From NCBI GenBank assembly GCA_951406725.2, contig OX597839.1:34782001-34846000 (forward strand): a DNA stretch of 64,000 nucleotides. The letters run 5' to 3'. The position numbers and the translations under genes are program-made. Shown here piece after piece: positions 25,084-40,000 of the stretch; position 1 is the first letter of the stretch; each line of letters starts with the position of its first letter. Source of the DNA: Octopus vulgaris (lineage: Eukaryota). The notes under the pieces are model-generated. The model had not been told where the DNA came from. It worked only from the letters and a program-made list of their open reading frames with translations, and ran no database searches.

Positions 25084-26966
25084 GGGTGTCTTTCAGTTTC
25101 CATCAATCAAATCAACTCCCAGGGCTTTGAGTCGGTATGAGGTTGTAGTAGAAAAAAACCTGCCCAAAGTGCCATGCAGTGGGACGGAACCCAAAACTAT
25201 GAGGTTGGAAACATACTTCCGAACCACACAGCTGTACCTTATATCTATGATGAAGAAAACAATAAGTAAGAGAAGTAAGAAGATGCTGATGATAATGATG
25301 CTGATGATGATAATGGAAATGAATTTACCCCTTTCATTACCAACCTGGCTAAAACCTTCCCTGGCTCTGTAGTACAAATGTCTTGTTTTCATAAGTTCTG
25401 AATTAAAATCTTCCACCAAACCTTAGTCACAGTTTATGTTCTTAACACTAGCTTAATGATAACTAAGTCATTTTACTAAATTCTTTGTTATCATCATCAT
25501 CATCGTTTAGCGTCCACTTTCCAAGCTAGCATGGGTTGGACGGTTCAACTGGAATCTGGGAAGCCAGAAGGCTGCACCAGGCCCAGTCTGATCTGGCAGT
25601 GTTTCTACGGCTGGATGCCCTTCCTAACGCCAACCACTCCGTGAGTGTTGTGGGTGCTTTTTACGTGCCACCTGCACAGTTGCCAGACGAGGCTGGCAAA
25701 CGGCCACGATTGGATGGTGCTTTTTACGTGCCACCGGTACGGGGGCCAGACGAGGCTGGCAACGGCCACAATCGGATGGTGCATTTTATGTGCCACCGGC
25801 ACAGAGGCCAGTCGGGGCAGGGCTGGCAACAGCCACGTTCAGATGGTTATATTTAAAATTAATTGAAAGAAACACAGAGCATCTCAAAATAAATACAGTA
25901 ATGAAAGAGTTAAAGATGGAATGACAATAAAATGTCAGCTGGAGTAAGTTACCTTCTAAATCCCAGATTGCCATTACATCAGCCAGAGTGCCGGTCCGTC
26001 GCACTTTGACGGTGTGTGTTGCAAGTTCATAGTTTTTCGTAGGAAGAGGATCAGCTTTGTTGTTGCACGAAGTGTCATGAGTACCATCGCTGTCACTAGC
26101 ATCTGTTAAGACACGTCAGAAGAGAAAGAGGGGGATTTAAGATTGGTATTTGATGTATGACACACAAGAGGTAAGGATTTTATGATACATGTTAGATGTA
26201 TGACATGTCAGAAAGTGGCAAGCTGGCAGAACCGTTAGCACTGAGGTCAAAATGCTTAGCAGTGTTTCCTTCGGTTCAAATCCTGCCAAGGTCAGCTTTG
26301 CCCTTCATCTCTTCGGGTGGCTTGATAAAATAAAGCACCGGTCAAGGACTGGGGTTGATGTAATCAACTTGTTCCCTCACCTCAAAAAAAAAAGAAGAAA
26401 AAAGAAAAAGACGAAGGGCCTTGAAGCCTGCAATGGTCAAACATTCTGTTCTAGGGTAATGTGTTGTGATTCTGGTCACTTTTGAGTCCTGAGGCTCAAG
26501 GGGTTTAAAAAATAAAAGACAAATTAGAGGGAAGTGTTTGTATATATGTATATATGCGGCATTCAAAATGTGACCGCGTGTGTACCGTTGACGATTTTTT
26601 TTCCTCTGTCTTTCCTTCTCTGGTTCTTTCCTTCTCCTATGTTTCCGACGAAGAGGTCTGCTCGAAACGTTAAACCCTTCTTCCCTTCCTTCCTGAGCAT
26701 CCAATAATACTATAGTTTTTCCACGTCCTCGCGTTGTTGTGTTTTCATGTTTGGATTAACTTTTTATATATATATATATATATAATTTACAAGATAAGGG
26801 CAGAAGAAAAATTCTAATGCCAAGTATGCTGAAACATACTTGGCATTATAATTTTTCTTCTGCCCTTATCTTGTAAATTAGTTATAAATTTAACCTTTAA
26901 AGGTATTTTTTGATATGCTGGCCATTGATAAAATTTTTTTCCCCAAAAAAATTTTATCCTACATTA

Positions 26967-27032
<66 letters not shown>

Positions 27033-30000
27033 TGCATGCACGTATGTATGCATGTATGTATGTATGCATGCATGTATGATTGTATGTATGTATGTATGTA
27101 ATTAGAAATATGACAGAGCATAGGTGAAAAATTTCAGATGGGGAAAACCAGACAATAATTGATGAGACTACAGACAGAAATTTGGTGTGATTAATGTGTG
27201 GACAGGTACAAAACAAAAGAGGTCATTTGCTGGTTCATATACGAACCCTAATAGCTACTGGGTTTGTGGTCCTTGTTGCACCAGACCAATACCAAGTGTG
27301 AAGGACGAGCAAATGGGATTGGTTCTGCAGAAACCATATCCCACTATAAGAATATTCATCATACAAGATGTACAGCAGACCAAGACATCAGCCCCAACAC
27401 CCCCATATTTCACAAGTCCAGTGGCGATAGGGAAAGAAGCAACAGGGACAGGTGAAGGATGCTGCCTCTGGAAGTCTTCACCTTTGACCCTGTGCATAGG
27501 CAGCTGTAGGGAGATGGAGTGTTGTGCTCTTGAGCAAAACACTTCCTTTCACATTGCCCTACTATTATTTCGAGATCTGACATGTGACACAATTGTGCAA
27601 TTTATGGGCTTCTTTCAGTTTCCGTCCACCAAATCCATTCACAAGGATTTGGTCAGCCCAAAGGCTATAGTAGAAGACACTTGCTCAAGGTGCCATGCAG
27701 TGGGACTGAACTCAGAACCATGTGGTTGGTAAGGAAACTTCTTACCACACAAACAGTATAATTTATTGATTTATTAAAGAAAACGGCTAATTGCAAATAA
27801 ATTATGGCTCGAGTAAAAATCCTGAAGTAATCCCGAGATAATCCCAGTTTTGGCAAGTTTCTCAGACTGTTGAGAACCGTCAATAATATAATGCTGTAGT
27901 GTGACTAATACTAATACAATTGCCGTTAGTACGATGCTCCATCCATGGCCTGTCTGTTGGTCAATGTAAAGCAGCGAAAGAGAAAGGGGGGAAAAAGTTG
28001 TTTAGGTTAGACTCACCATCATAGGACAGCTTCTGTTTCTTTGAACTTTCATCTTGGCTTGTCACTTCTGTGTTGGACCTATCACAATAAGTGGAAAAAG
28101 AAAACAAAAAGAGAGTGAATTAGGACGGCGGATAGTACTAGGCAGAGAGGCAATGGTCAGCATGAGCAGGGTCTGGAAGAGTAGAGACATCAGACTCGCT
28201 ACCAAATGCAGATTGGTGAATGCAATCGTCTTCCCAATAGCAACATATGGATGCGAGACCTGGACACTAAAGAAAGCTGACCAGAAGAGAATTAATGCAT
28301 TCGAGCTTTGGTGTTGGAGAAGACTTTTACGGATTCCATGGACAGCGAGGCTCACCAATGGAGAAGTTCTTAACCAGATAGGGCCGAAAATGTCGCTAGA
28401 AGCTAGGATCACCAAGTATAGATTGGCATATTTTGGTCATATTATGCAGAGAGAATCCCTGGAGAAGGACATCATGCTCGGAATGGTCAGTGGCGAGAGA
28501 GGAAGAGGCCGACCAAGAACCCGCTGGCTTGACACCATCAAGAGTGATACCGGAATGGACATAGCCAGTCTGAAAGAAGCGGCCCAGAATAGAACTGACT
28601 GGAGGACACTGATCCAACGAGTGACCGAGAGTCGACTTCGACTGAGCGGATAGAGAGAGATCCTTATATATAGTGGACGTGCATCGATTAGGGGTTAGTG
28701 TTTTGGATCCATGATAGTGTTGTGTTCTTGAGCAAAGCACTTCACTCTACATTGCTCCAGTCTACTCAGCTGGCAAAACTGAGCATTCCTGCAATGGCCC
28801 GGTGTCCCGTTATGGCGGGGATGTATATCCTACACCCCAAAAAATACAGGAAACTAATCTTATAGAGCCTATGGTTTGGCAAGCAAATTTCAACCCTTTT
28901 CGATGCATGTATATACACATGTATGTCTTGTGCATGTATACATGAGTGTATGTGTGTCTGTGGGTGTGTGCATGTAATTACGTATGTATCATCATCATCA
29001 TCATCATCGTTTAGCATCCGCTTTCCATGCTAGCATGGGTTGGACGGTTCAACTGGGGTCTGGGAAGCCCGAAGGCTGCACCAGGCCCAGTCTGATCTGG
29101 CAGTGTTTCTACAGCTGGATGCCCTTCCTAACGCCAACCACTCAGTGAGTGTAGTGGGTGCTTTTTACGTGCCAGATGAGGCTGGCAAATGGCCACGATC
29201 GGATGGTGCTCTTTACGTGCCACCAGCACAGGTGCCAGACGAGGTTGGCAAACGGCCACGATCGGATGGGGCTATTTACGTGCCACCAGCACGGGGGCCA
29301 GGCGAGGCTGGCAACGGCCACGATTGGATGGTGCTTTTTACGTGCCACTGGCACAGTGAAGGCATGTAGCTTAGTGGTTAGGGGTGTTGGGACTCATGAT
29401 TGTAAGATTGTGGTTTCAATTCCTGGACTGGGTGATATGTTGTGTTCTTGAGCAAGACACTTCATTTCACCCAGCTCCAGATATGGTCAGTTGGAATAGT
29501 AAAGGGTTCATCTTACCTTTTGGTGTGAGTGTAAACAGAGCGAGGTAGGCGGAAGAGGATCGAGGTGCCACGGAATTTCAGGTTGCCAACGGCTACCAGA
29601 AAATTGTTGAGAGGAATACTGGAATGGTGTACATCGGTTTTGTCCTCATCATGAAACAACCTGAAGTTGGCAAATCATCATCGTTATTATACATAATTAA
29701 AATTTATAACAGGGTGAGGGAGAGAGAGAGAGATGTGAGGTTGTGATGGTCATGCATTTATCTGTGAAGGTTATCATTTGGTGATTGAATTGAAATGTAG
29801 CATGGGAAAAGTGTTGGTCAAGCTATTTGTAGGTCATGGTCAAGATTTGTCACTTGTTCCCCATGTTTCTATCTGCCTCTTGTTATAAACCCAAACTCGA
29901 ATATCAAATTTTAAAAGGTTTTAATCGACTAAAAATACAGCAACTTACAACACAAAGATTGCTAAATTGTAAGCAAAACCAAACTTCAACGCAATAATAT

Positions 30001-32907
30001 TTTTATGCAATGAGTTGCTTCATTCTCGACTAAAATCAACGCTGAACACGTCGTACCTCGAACAGAACGGAATTCCACGCAGTTGCAGTGCAGGCATGTA
30101 ACAGCAATTGAGACAATCAAAATCACGTTATCAAAACTAAAAATCACAACACCTCTATAGGCAAACCTTGCACAGTTTTTAAGGATTTAATTAACCCATT
30201 TTGGGGTTTTGTACTAATGAGTTATTTCCACAGAAATCCACAAACATAACACTGATTAATGTGGTTGGCCCGAGGCTATAGTAGAGGACACTTGCCCAAG
30301 GTGCCACACAGCGGGACTGAACCCGGAACCATGTGGATGGTAAGCAAGCTACTTACCACACAGCCACACTATATATATATGTATGTGTGTGTGTGTATTT
30401 ATATATATATATATATACACACACACACAATATATATATATACACACATAAATGTCAGACGACAAGAATGAGGGCTCAACACTGCATTGGTGTCTTTATT
30501 CGTGAATTAAGGCTACCATTGGTTTCACGTTCAGAAAAAATATCTTAATATCTCAACAATTTTTCAAGCCGATCACATCTAGGAATGGTGTCCGTCTCCA
30601 TTTTGGACGAAAACAAAATCTCATGGATTCACTGGAATTCTAGTAAAGAAAACAATAAATCAAGGGGCGATACTCTTGGCTGACATCTTTTGAGTTGTTA
30701 TCTCCCTTGGATTTGACTTGCGGGGGATAAAACAGCTTTGGTGTTGGAGAAGACTTTTGCGGATTCCATGGACAGCGAGGCTCACCAATGGAGAAGTTCT
30801 TAAGCAGATAGGGCCGAAAATGTCGCTAGAAGCTAGGATCACCAAGCATAGATTGGCATATTTCGGTCATATTATGGCGGAGAAAATCCCTGGAGAAGGA
30901 CATCATGCTCGGAATGGTCAGTGGCAAGAGAGGAAGAGGCCGACCAAGAACCCGCTGGCTTGACACCATCAAGAGTGATACCGGAATGGACATAGCCAGT
31001 CTGAAAGAAGCGGCCCAGGATAGAACTGACTGGAGGACACTGATCCAACGAGTGAGCAAGAGTCGACTTCCACTGAGCGGATAGAAGAAGAAGCATGGTA
31101 AATTTGCATTATATTATATTCCGTGTGTCGTTCGTATGTTTGTGTGCTGAGGTAGTTTGTCATGGGGGACATATTTCTTCTATGTGTGGAGTTTGTGAGT
31201 TGTGTATGTTCAATGTTCACGTTCAGGGAAAGAAGCTATCCTGGTAGGGTTGGCGGTATGGGGGCTGCTTCCTCTTTGTGCATATGTATATATTTCTTTT
31301 CTGCCCACAAGGGGCTAAACACAGAGGGAACAAACAAGGACAGACAAAGGGATTAAGTCGATTACATCGACCCCAGTGCGTAACTGGTACTTAATTTATC
31401 GACCCCAAAAGGATGACAGGCAAAGTCGACCTCGGTGGAATTTGAACTCAGAACGTAGTGGCAGACAAAATACCTATTCCTTTACTACCCACAAGGGGCT
31501 AAACACAGAGAGGACAAACAAGGACAGACAAACGGATTAAGTCGATTACATCGACCCCAGTGCGTAACTGGTACTTATTTAATCAAACCCGAAAGGATGA
31601 AAGGCAAAGTCGACCTCGGCGGAATTTGAACTCAGAACGTAACGACAGACGAAATACGGCCACGCATTTCGCCCGGTGTGCTAATGTTTCTGCCAGCTCG
31701 CCGCCTTTGTGCATATGTATATATAATAACATGGGTGGTGCAAAAAGATGGTGCAAAATTCTAAGGCAGACAAGAGGATGGCAAAAGAAATTTAATTAAA
31801 GAATTTCCGTTTACTTGATATTTTCATCGACAGTATTGTCTATGGAATCTGGGTGACAGGGCAAACCTTTGATATTCATGATGTCAATCACCATATTCCT
31901 GGAAGAAAGAAAGAATGAGATAAATGAGAAAATGTCTTCAGTAACAACAACAATACAATTTACTTAGAATTTAGATTTCACAGCATTTATATTTTACTTT
32001 TCAAAGTTACCTCTGCAGATTTTAAGTACAAATTAGAGCCAACACGGAAAGTTACAAGGCTTCATATACAAATACATCTACGTAAACAAAATCAAAATCA
32101 AATTCGAAGACTGGCATCCATGCTAGTGGAGTGCTAAGAGCACCATCCAAGCGTGATCGTTGCCAGAGCAACAAGCTGGCTTCCATGCCGGTGGCACGTA
32201 AAAAGCACCATTTGAGTGTGATCGTTACCAGGGTTATGATGGTGATGATGATAACGGTGATGATGATGATAATGGTGATGATGATAACGATGATGATGAT
32301 GATGGTGATGATGATAATGGTGATGATGATAACGATGATGATGATAATGGTGATGATGATAACGATGATGATGATAACAGTGATGATGATAATGGTGATG
32401 ATGATAACAGTGATGATGATAATGGTGATGATGATAATGGTGATGATGATAACGATGATGATGATGACCATGACGACGATGTGCTTCCAAAGCAGGTTTC
32501 TTAACCACATAGCTATACTATAATAAACGATAATCCTTTCTACAAGAGGCACAGGGCCTGAAATTTTATGGGGCTGGAGCCCCAGTGTTCAACTCGTACT
32601 TCTTATATTGACCCCTGAAAGGACGAAAAGCAAAGTCAGCCTCGAGAGAATTTGAGTTAAGAACAACACAGGGAGTTGGGAAGTGATCTAAAAAAAAAAA
32701 CCCCAACAAAAACCCAAATCAAAATCTGAAAAACAAATGATAAAGGCGCAGGAGTGGCTGTGTGGTAAGTAGCTTGCTTACCAACTACATGATTCCGGGT
32801 TCAGTCCCACTGCGTGGCACCTTGGGCAAGTGTCTTCTACTATGGCCTCGGGCCAACCAAAGCCTTGTGCGTGGATTTGGTAGACGGAAACTGGAAGAAG
32901 CCCGTCG

Positions 32908-32942
<35 letters not shown>

Positions 32943-33359
32943 ATGTCTGTGTTTGTCCTCCTAGCATTGCTTGACAACCGATGTTGGTGTGTTTATGTCC
33001 CCGTCACTTAGCGGTTCGGCAAAAGAGACCGATAGAATAAGTACTGGGCTTACAAAGAATAAGTCCCGGGGTCGAGTTGCTTGACTAAAGGCGGTGCTCC
33101 AGCATAGCCGCAGTCAAATGACTGAAACAAGTAAAGGAGTAAAGAGAGATATTTACCGAAATTCAGAAGGCTCCAGAAATCCTTCTTTGTGAGAACTGTA
33201 GAAGCGGAAAATATATTTGCAGCGAATTTCAGCAGAACCACCACCATGGTTTGTATGAGGGTCGAGAGCTGCCAAACCAATGTAGAAATGTTTGAAGGAA
33301 AGAAATTTCTTTCTGCCAACATCAAAGGCCCTGAAGAAGAAGAAGAAAGGAACTATATA

Positions 33360-33400
<41 letters not shown>

Positions 33401-33505
33401 GGTTTGGAGATGATGTACAGGTATTTTATATTAGAAGAAATGAGGTACTCAGAAATTCGGATGGTTTTATATTTACAGATATTTATTTGTATATTACATG
33501 TTTTT

Positions 33506-33542
<37 letters not shown>

Positions 33543-36500
33543 TACAAAGTGAGATAGGGGTTATGAGTGTAACCCACTATGGGATATCAGTTATCCAATA
33601 TACTGCTGGTGAAGTACCCAAATGGCAAATACATAAATGCTTATAATTGCAATGCAATTAATTCATTTATTGTATTAGATGGGCGAAGGTAAAATATTTT
33701 ACCTCAAATTCATAATACAAATAAGAAAATGGAGGAACAGATTCATTTCAATCATCAACTTACAGATATTACCAATTCATATTATTTAGTAACTACATAA
33801 ATAGGAACATCCAAATCCAACAAAACAATATATATATCAATATGTAAGATAATAGTACCATAAGAATAATACACATAAAATGGATCTTACAGCTGTTTCA
33901 GCCTGTAGATAAAGGTATCTCATTCTGCCTATATTAGTCAGATGTATTGAGGTAATATGCAGTTAAAAATGACTTACTTATATATATATCTCAAGGCCTC
34001 ATCAGAGATTATAAAGTACAATTATAAAAATGCAAAGATAAATATGAAACAAAATACACATACACAAGAATGTATATATATATACATATATATAAGTATA
34101 TATATAATAATATACATACACATAAGGTTACAGATAATCAAATATGTGTACTGGAGTATACATATCCATCCACATCAATGGGTATATGTACAAAGTTCAT
34201 TACATTACCAAACCCTCCTCTCCACAAAATGGGATATCAGTCAGCTGGTGGGTTAAACTTCTCAGCTACTAGGTTGGTACCTATTTACAGCTGAGTGGAC
34301 TTGAGCAATGTGAAATGGAGTGCAAACCCCTTAACATCTAAAGTATGCACTGTCACAGAAAGCACGTAGTCTTGACAATATCAAAACTTAACAAGGCTAA
34401 TTAAGATGGAAACGATGATGTTTTAATTAACAGTTAAAATGATTGGTCTTTTTTTTTTTTTTAAGGTTTGTTTGTGTTTTAATGGTGCATTATGTAAATA
34501 AAGGCTCTACCTGAAGAGACTGTCCATACGCTCGAGAGAACCACCTTTCTGTAGAATGTAGCGAGAAAAGGCTGCCTTACACATGAACATGGATGGATAA
34601 CTGAAGTTTAGGAATTCGCGTAGAATTAATTGTTCTGAAAGAGCGTGAAGAGGAGAAAAACACATAAAAAAGTCATTTTTAAAAAATATTTCCCTAAAAT
34701 CACTGATAAGGTGGTTTGCCCTCTCTGTATGAGGGGCTAAAAAAAAAAAAAGAATCCCCCCTTCCCCAAGAGCAGATCCCCTTTGAAATTAGCATGTGCA
34801 GGGCCAGATTTAGTGGGGCTCCATGTGTCAATAGAGTTTGCCTCCGCCTTACAGTTTTGCTAATTCGAAACATAATAAGGAGGGGTTCATTAAATCTAGG
34901 GGTCTGTATGAGGGGCTAAAAAAAAAAAAGAGAACCCCGCCTCCCCAAGAGCAGATCCCCTTTGAAATTAGCATATGCAGGGCCAGATTTAGTGGGGCTC
35001 CATGAGTCAATAGAATTTGCCTCCGCCTTACAGTTTTGCTAATTCGAAACATAATAAGGAGGGGTTCATTAAATCTAGGGGTCCCAAATGATTTAGAGGT
35101 GGACCCAAAACTTAAAAGGATCTCAGCAGATTCAGAAGGACTCAGTTAACCCTTTAATGGATTTTTAAATCTAAAAGGGCCCAGTAAACCAGAAGAGGAC
35201 TCAATGAGTCCTGGCTCTTTGTGTTCTGGCAGTTTCATCTAGGTTAGTATCGAAAGGGTTAAGAATTGTTTCTCTATTATATGTTTTAACTCATCTTTTA
35301 CCCTATTTCTTTTGAGGTACTCTGTGTTTCTTTGAATTGATTTTAAATATAACAAAGAATTTAGTTAAATAACTTGGTTATCATTAATATTTCTTTACTA
35401 CCCACAAGGGGCTGAATACAGAAGGGACAAACAAGGACAAACGGATTAAGTCGATTATATCGACCCCAGTGCGTAACTGGTACTTTATTTATCGACCCCA
35501 AAAGGATGAAAGGCAAAGTCAACCATGGCGGAATTGGAACTCAGAACGTAACGGCAGATGAAATACGGCTACGCATTTCGCCCGGCATAACGTTTCTACC
35601 AGCTCATTAAACTAGTGTTAGGAACATAAATTGTGACTAAGATTTGGTGGAAGATTTTAATTCAAAATTTATGAAAACCAAACTTTTGTACTCAGAGCCA
35701 GTGCCAGTTTCAGCCATGTTGGTAACGAAAAGTTATTTTACTAAATTCCTCATTAATTTCAAAATTAACTGAATCAAATGCAGTGGATTTCAACAAAAAT
35801 ATGGTAACAAAAGGGTTAAATAAGAACAAATAGAAAAATGTCAGAGAACAGGAAATATAAAAAAAATTACATAACAAAAAAATACAAGTAAAAATAATGT
35901 AATAAAAGATAATGGAAGCAAGCACAAACCGAGCTGGTCAAATTTTGCGGCCTTCAAGAGATGCTGGACAGCCACCTTATCTGAATCTTGGTTGAAATCT
36001 AGAGGTTTGGTTTCTGATACTATGGAAGCATTGCTGCCTGGAAGAAATATGGATAAAGAAATCATTCAACAACCAAAGTCTTGTGAGTGGATTTGGTAGA
36101 CAGAAACTAAAAGAAGCCCATTGTATATGTATATATGTGTGTGTGTGTATATATATATATCATCATCATCATAATTTAGTGTCTTCTTTCCATGCTGGCA
36201 TGGGTTGGAAATGATTTGCACAAATAGATTTAGTTGGAAATACCTTTAAGATTTTCAATCAAATGTAATGGTTCAGGTCCCAGGAGACAAGGATCATCGG
36301 ATGAAATGTCATTTTGAAGCTCTTCTAGACTGAACCACTGAAGAATGTCATCAGGAGACTGAAATCAGAGAGACAGAAGGAAAATAAAACCAAAATCAGT
36401 ACCACCCTGTCACCCCACCCCCACACATAAGAGAATCGGTTTTGGTCTGAATTCTAGTTTTTTAAAACTTTTTTTAACAGATTTAATTAGAATACCATAC

Positions 36501-36800
36501 TGGTTTCAACAATTTCTTCTTTTTCAATGACAACTAAAAAAAAATAGTTTAAAAGAAATTGCAGAGAGAGGAAAGAACTGTAGTGGATACATATAAACAT
36601 GACAGTAAATCCAGCTTCCATCTTCAGGGTGGAGAGATTGCTTGGAGAGACAAGGCACATTACGTAAACCTTCTGAGCCATGTGTCTCCAGGGCAAGAAA
36701 CTCTTAGTAGCTCATATCTTTATACTGAGTATATTAAGTGATATTTATCTCTCAGTGGATGGAGAACTTTTTTTGCTGATCTTATCTTAACAGAACAATA

Positions 36801-36834
<34 letters not shown>

Positions 36835-37005
36835 CACATGTGTTTGAATGAAAAGGTTAATCAAAAGTGCCCAAACACTAGGAAAAGGCTTTAGTAACAT
36901 CCTGATAAAAGATTTTATAATTAAAAAAAATTTTTTTAAACTTCTTTATACTTTAAAAAGGGTAATAAGTAACTTTTTGCAAGTTATATACATATATATA
37001 CATAC

Positions 37006-37038
<33 letters not shown>

Positions 37039-40000
37039 CATATATATATACATATATATATATGCATATATATATATATACACATATATACATATATATA
37101 TATACATATATATATACAGAGATACATACATATATATATACATATATAGACATACACACATAACAGGCTTCTTTACCATTTCCATCAACCAATTTTCACT
37201 CACAAGGCTTTGGTCAGCCCATGGCTATAGTAGAAGACACTTAACCGAAGGTGCCACACAATGGGACCGAACCTGAAATCATGTGCTTGAGAAGGAAGCC
37301 TGTCTACCACATAGCCACACCTACGCCACAAAATACACACATCATCATCATTGTCGTCATTCAACATCTGCTGTCCATGCTGGCATGGGTTGGATGGTTT
37401 AACTGAGGGCTGGCAAGCCAGATGGCTGCACCAGGCTCCAATCTAATCTGACAAGGTTTCTACAGCTAGTTGCCCTTCCTAATGCCAACCACTCCGGGAG
37501 TGTAGTTGGTGCCTTTTGTATATATGTATATATAGATAGGTACAGGAGTGGCTGTGCAGTAAGTAGCTTGCTTCCCAACCACATGGTTCTGGGTTCAATC
37601 CCAGTGCATGGCACCTTGGGTAAGTGTCTTCTACTATAGCCTCAGGCCAACCAAAGCCTTGTGAGTAGATTTGGTAGATGGAAACTAAAAGAAGCCCATT
37701 GTGTGTGTGTGTATCATCATCTTTCAATGCCTGCTTTTAATGATTTGGATGGTTTGATTGAGGACTGGAAAGCCAGGAAGCTGCACCAGGCTCCAGTCTA
37801 ATCTGGCAAGGTTTCCAGAGCTGGATGCCCTTCCTAATGCCAACCACTCCGAGAGTGTAGTGGTTGGCATTACACATGGGATATTTACTTGGGAATCCTT
37901 CGTGATTAATGTCAGCTTAAGAGAGAAGGAAAGAAGAGAAAGGTGAGCAGATGAGAAAAGCTGAAAGGCAAGAAACGAAGAAGAAGTGGCTGTCATCCAG
38001 CGCTACTCACTGATGTTGTGAGAATGTCTGAGTCGGTGGAGTCATCAATGGCTTCAGTGTGGAATATGAAGTGGGTAGAGATAGGCAAGTTTTCCAGTCT
38101 GCGGATGTAAGTGTGGACCACACCGACGGCCGGCACGACTGAGCCAATGTACTGAAAGAGAAAATAATAATAATAATAATAATAATGATTTCAAATTTCT
38201 TTTGCCACAAGGGCAGCTTGGGGGAAGGGATTAAGTCAATTACATTGACCCCCAGGTTGTAACTGGTACTTATTTAATCGACACAGAAAGGATGAAAGGC
38301 AAAGACGACCTCGGCGGAATTTGAACTCAGAACGTAGCGGCAGACGAAATACCTATTCCTTTACTACCCACAAGGGGTTAAACACAGAGAGGACAACTTA
38401 TTTAATTGACCCCGAAAGGATGAAAGACAAAGTCGACCTCAGCGGAATTTGAATTCAGAACGTAATGGCAGACGAAATACCTATTTCTTTACTACCCACA
38501 AGGGGCTAAACACAGAGGGGACAAACAAGGACAGACAAACTGATTAAGTCGATTATATCAACCCCAGTGCGTAACTGGTACCTATTTAATCGACCCCGAA
38601 AGGATGAAGGGCAAAGTCGACCTCGGCAGACAGCTGCTCTGGCAGTGATCCCACTTGGATGGAGCTGTTAGCGCGCCACTGGCACAGGTGCCAGTCATCG
38701 AATTTGGTTCAATTTTGATTTCACTTGCCCCAACAGGTCTTCTTGTGTCCAAAGAAGGAAAGGTATGCATAAGTGAACAAACATAATCCTTTCTACAATA
38801 TGCACAAGGCCTGAAATTTAGGGTAAGAGGTTATTTGATCACATCAACCCCAGTTATATATATTATGTATATATATATATGTTATATATATATCAAATGC
38901 CTTGCCAAAAAACCTGAGGGATTTTCATGGAGTAGTTATCATTAAGGTAGTGTTAGGAACATAAATTGTGACTAAGGTTTGGTGGAAGATTTTAATTCAA
39001 AACTTATGAAAACAAGACATTTGTACTACAGAGCCAGAGGCAGTTTCAATTGGGATGGTATCAAAATGGTTAAGAATTGTTTCTCTATTATATATTTTAA
39101 CCCTTTCTTTACTGTATTTATTTTGAGATGCTCTGTGTTTCTTTCAATTGATTTTAAATGTAACAAAGAATTTAGTAAAATAACTTAGTTATCATTAAGC
39201 TAGTGTTAGGAACATAAATTGTGACTAGGGTTTGGTGGAAGATTTTAATTCAAAACTTATGAAAACAAGACATTTGTACTACAGAGCCAGAGGCAGTTTC
39301 AATTGGGATGGTATCAAAATGGTTAAGAATTGTTTCTCTATTATATATTTTAACCCTTTCTTTACTGTATTTATTTTGAGATGCTCTGTGTTTCTTTCAA
39401 TTGATTTTAAATGTAACAAAGAATTTAGTAAAATAACTTAGTTATCATTCAGCTAGTGTTAGGAACATAAATTGTGACTAGGGTTTGGTGGAAGATTTTA
39501 ATTCAAAACTTATGGAAACAAGACATTTGTGCTATAGAGCCAGAAACAGTTTCATCTAGGTTGGTATCAAAAGGGTTAAGAATTGTTTCTCTATTGTATA
39601 TTTAAACAATATTGTAAAATGGGGAAATTTTGTGTTTCTATCAATTACTTTGAATATACCAAAGAATTTAGTAAAATAACTTAGTTATCATTAAGCTAGT
39701 GTTAGGAACATAAATTGTGACTAGGGTTTGGTGGAAGATTTTAATTCAGAACTTTTGAAAAGACACTTGTACTACAGAGCCAGCCAGGTTGGTAACCAAA
39801 GAGTTAATCACAGAACCACACCCACAGCCTAGTTGAAGATGATGATTCAATGATAGCAACAGATGGCCTGATTTAAACAGGATGTCAGATAAGCAGGATA
39901 TTATATTACTAGTTTCAACTTCTAACTCTTCAATAGTGCACAGCATGTGGCCCAAATACTCAATTATAAATAACCTAGTTTATTGTAAGTTGACAGAAGC

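Noticed and set aside
28054-28653. 199-aa ORF as a host gene
   Set aside because: It is the 3' end of an RTE LINE. Its apparent start lies in antisense exon 9 and the polypyrimidine tract.
32052-32552. Poly-Ile/Met/His ORFs
   Set aside because: Compound (GAT)n microsatellite.
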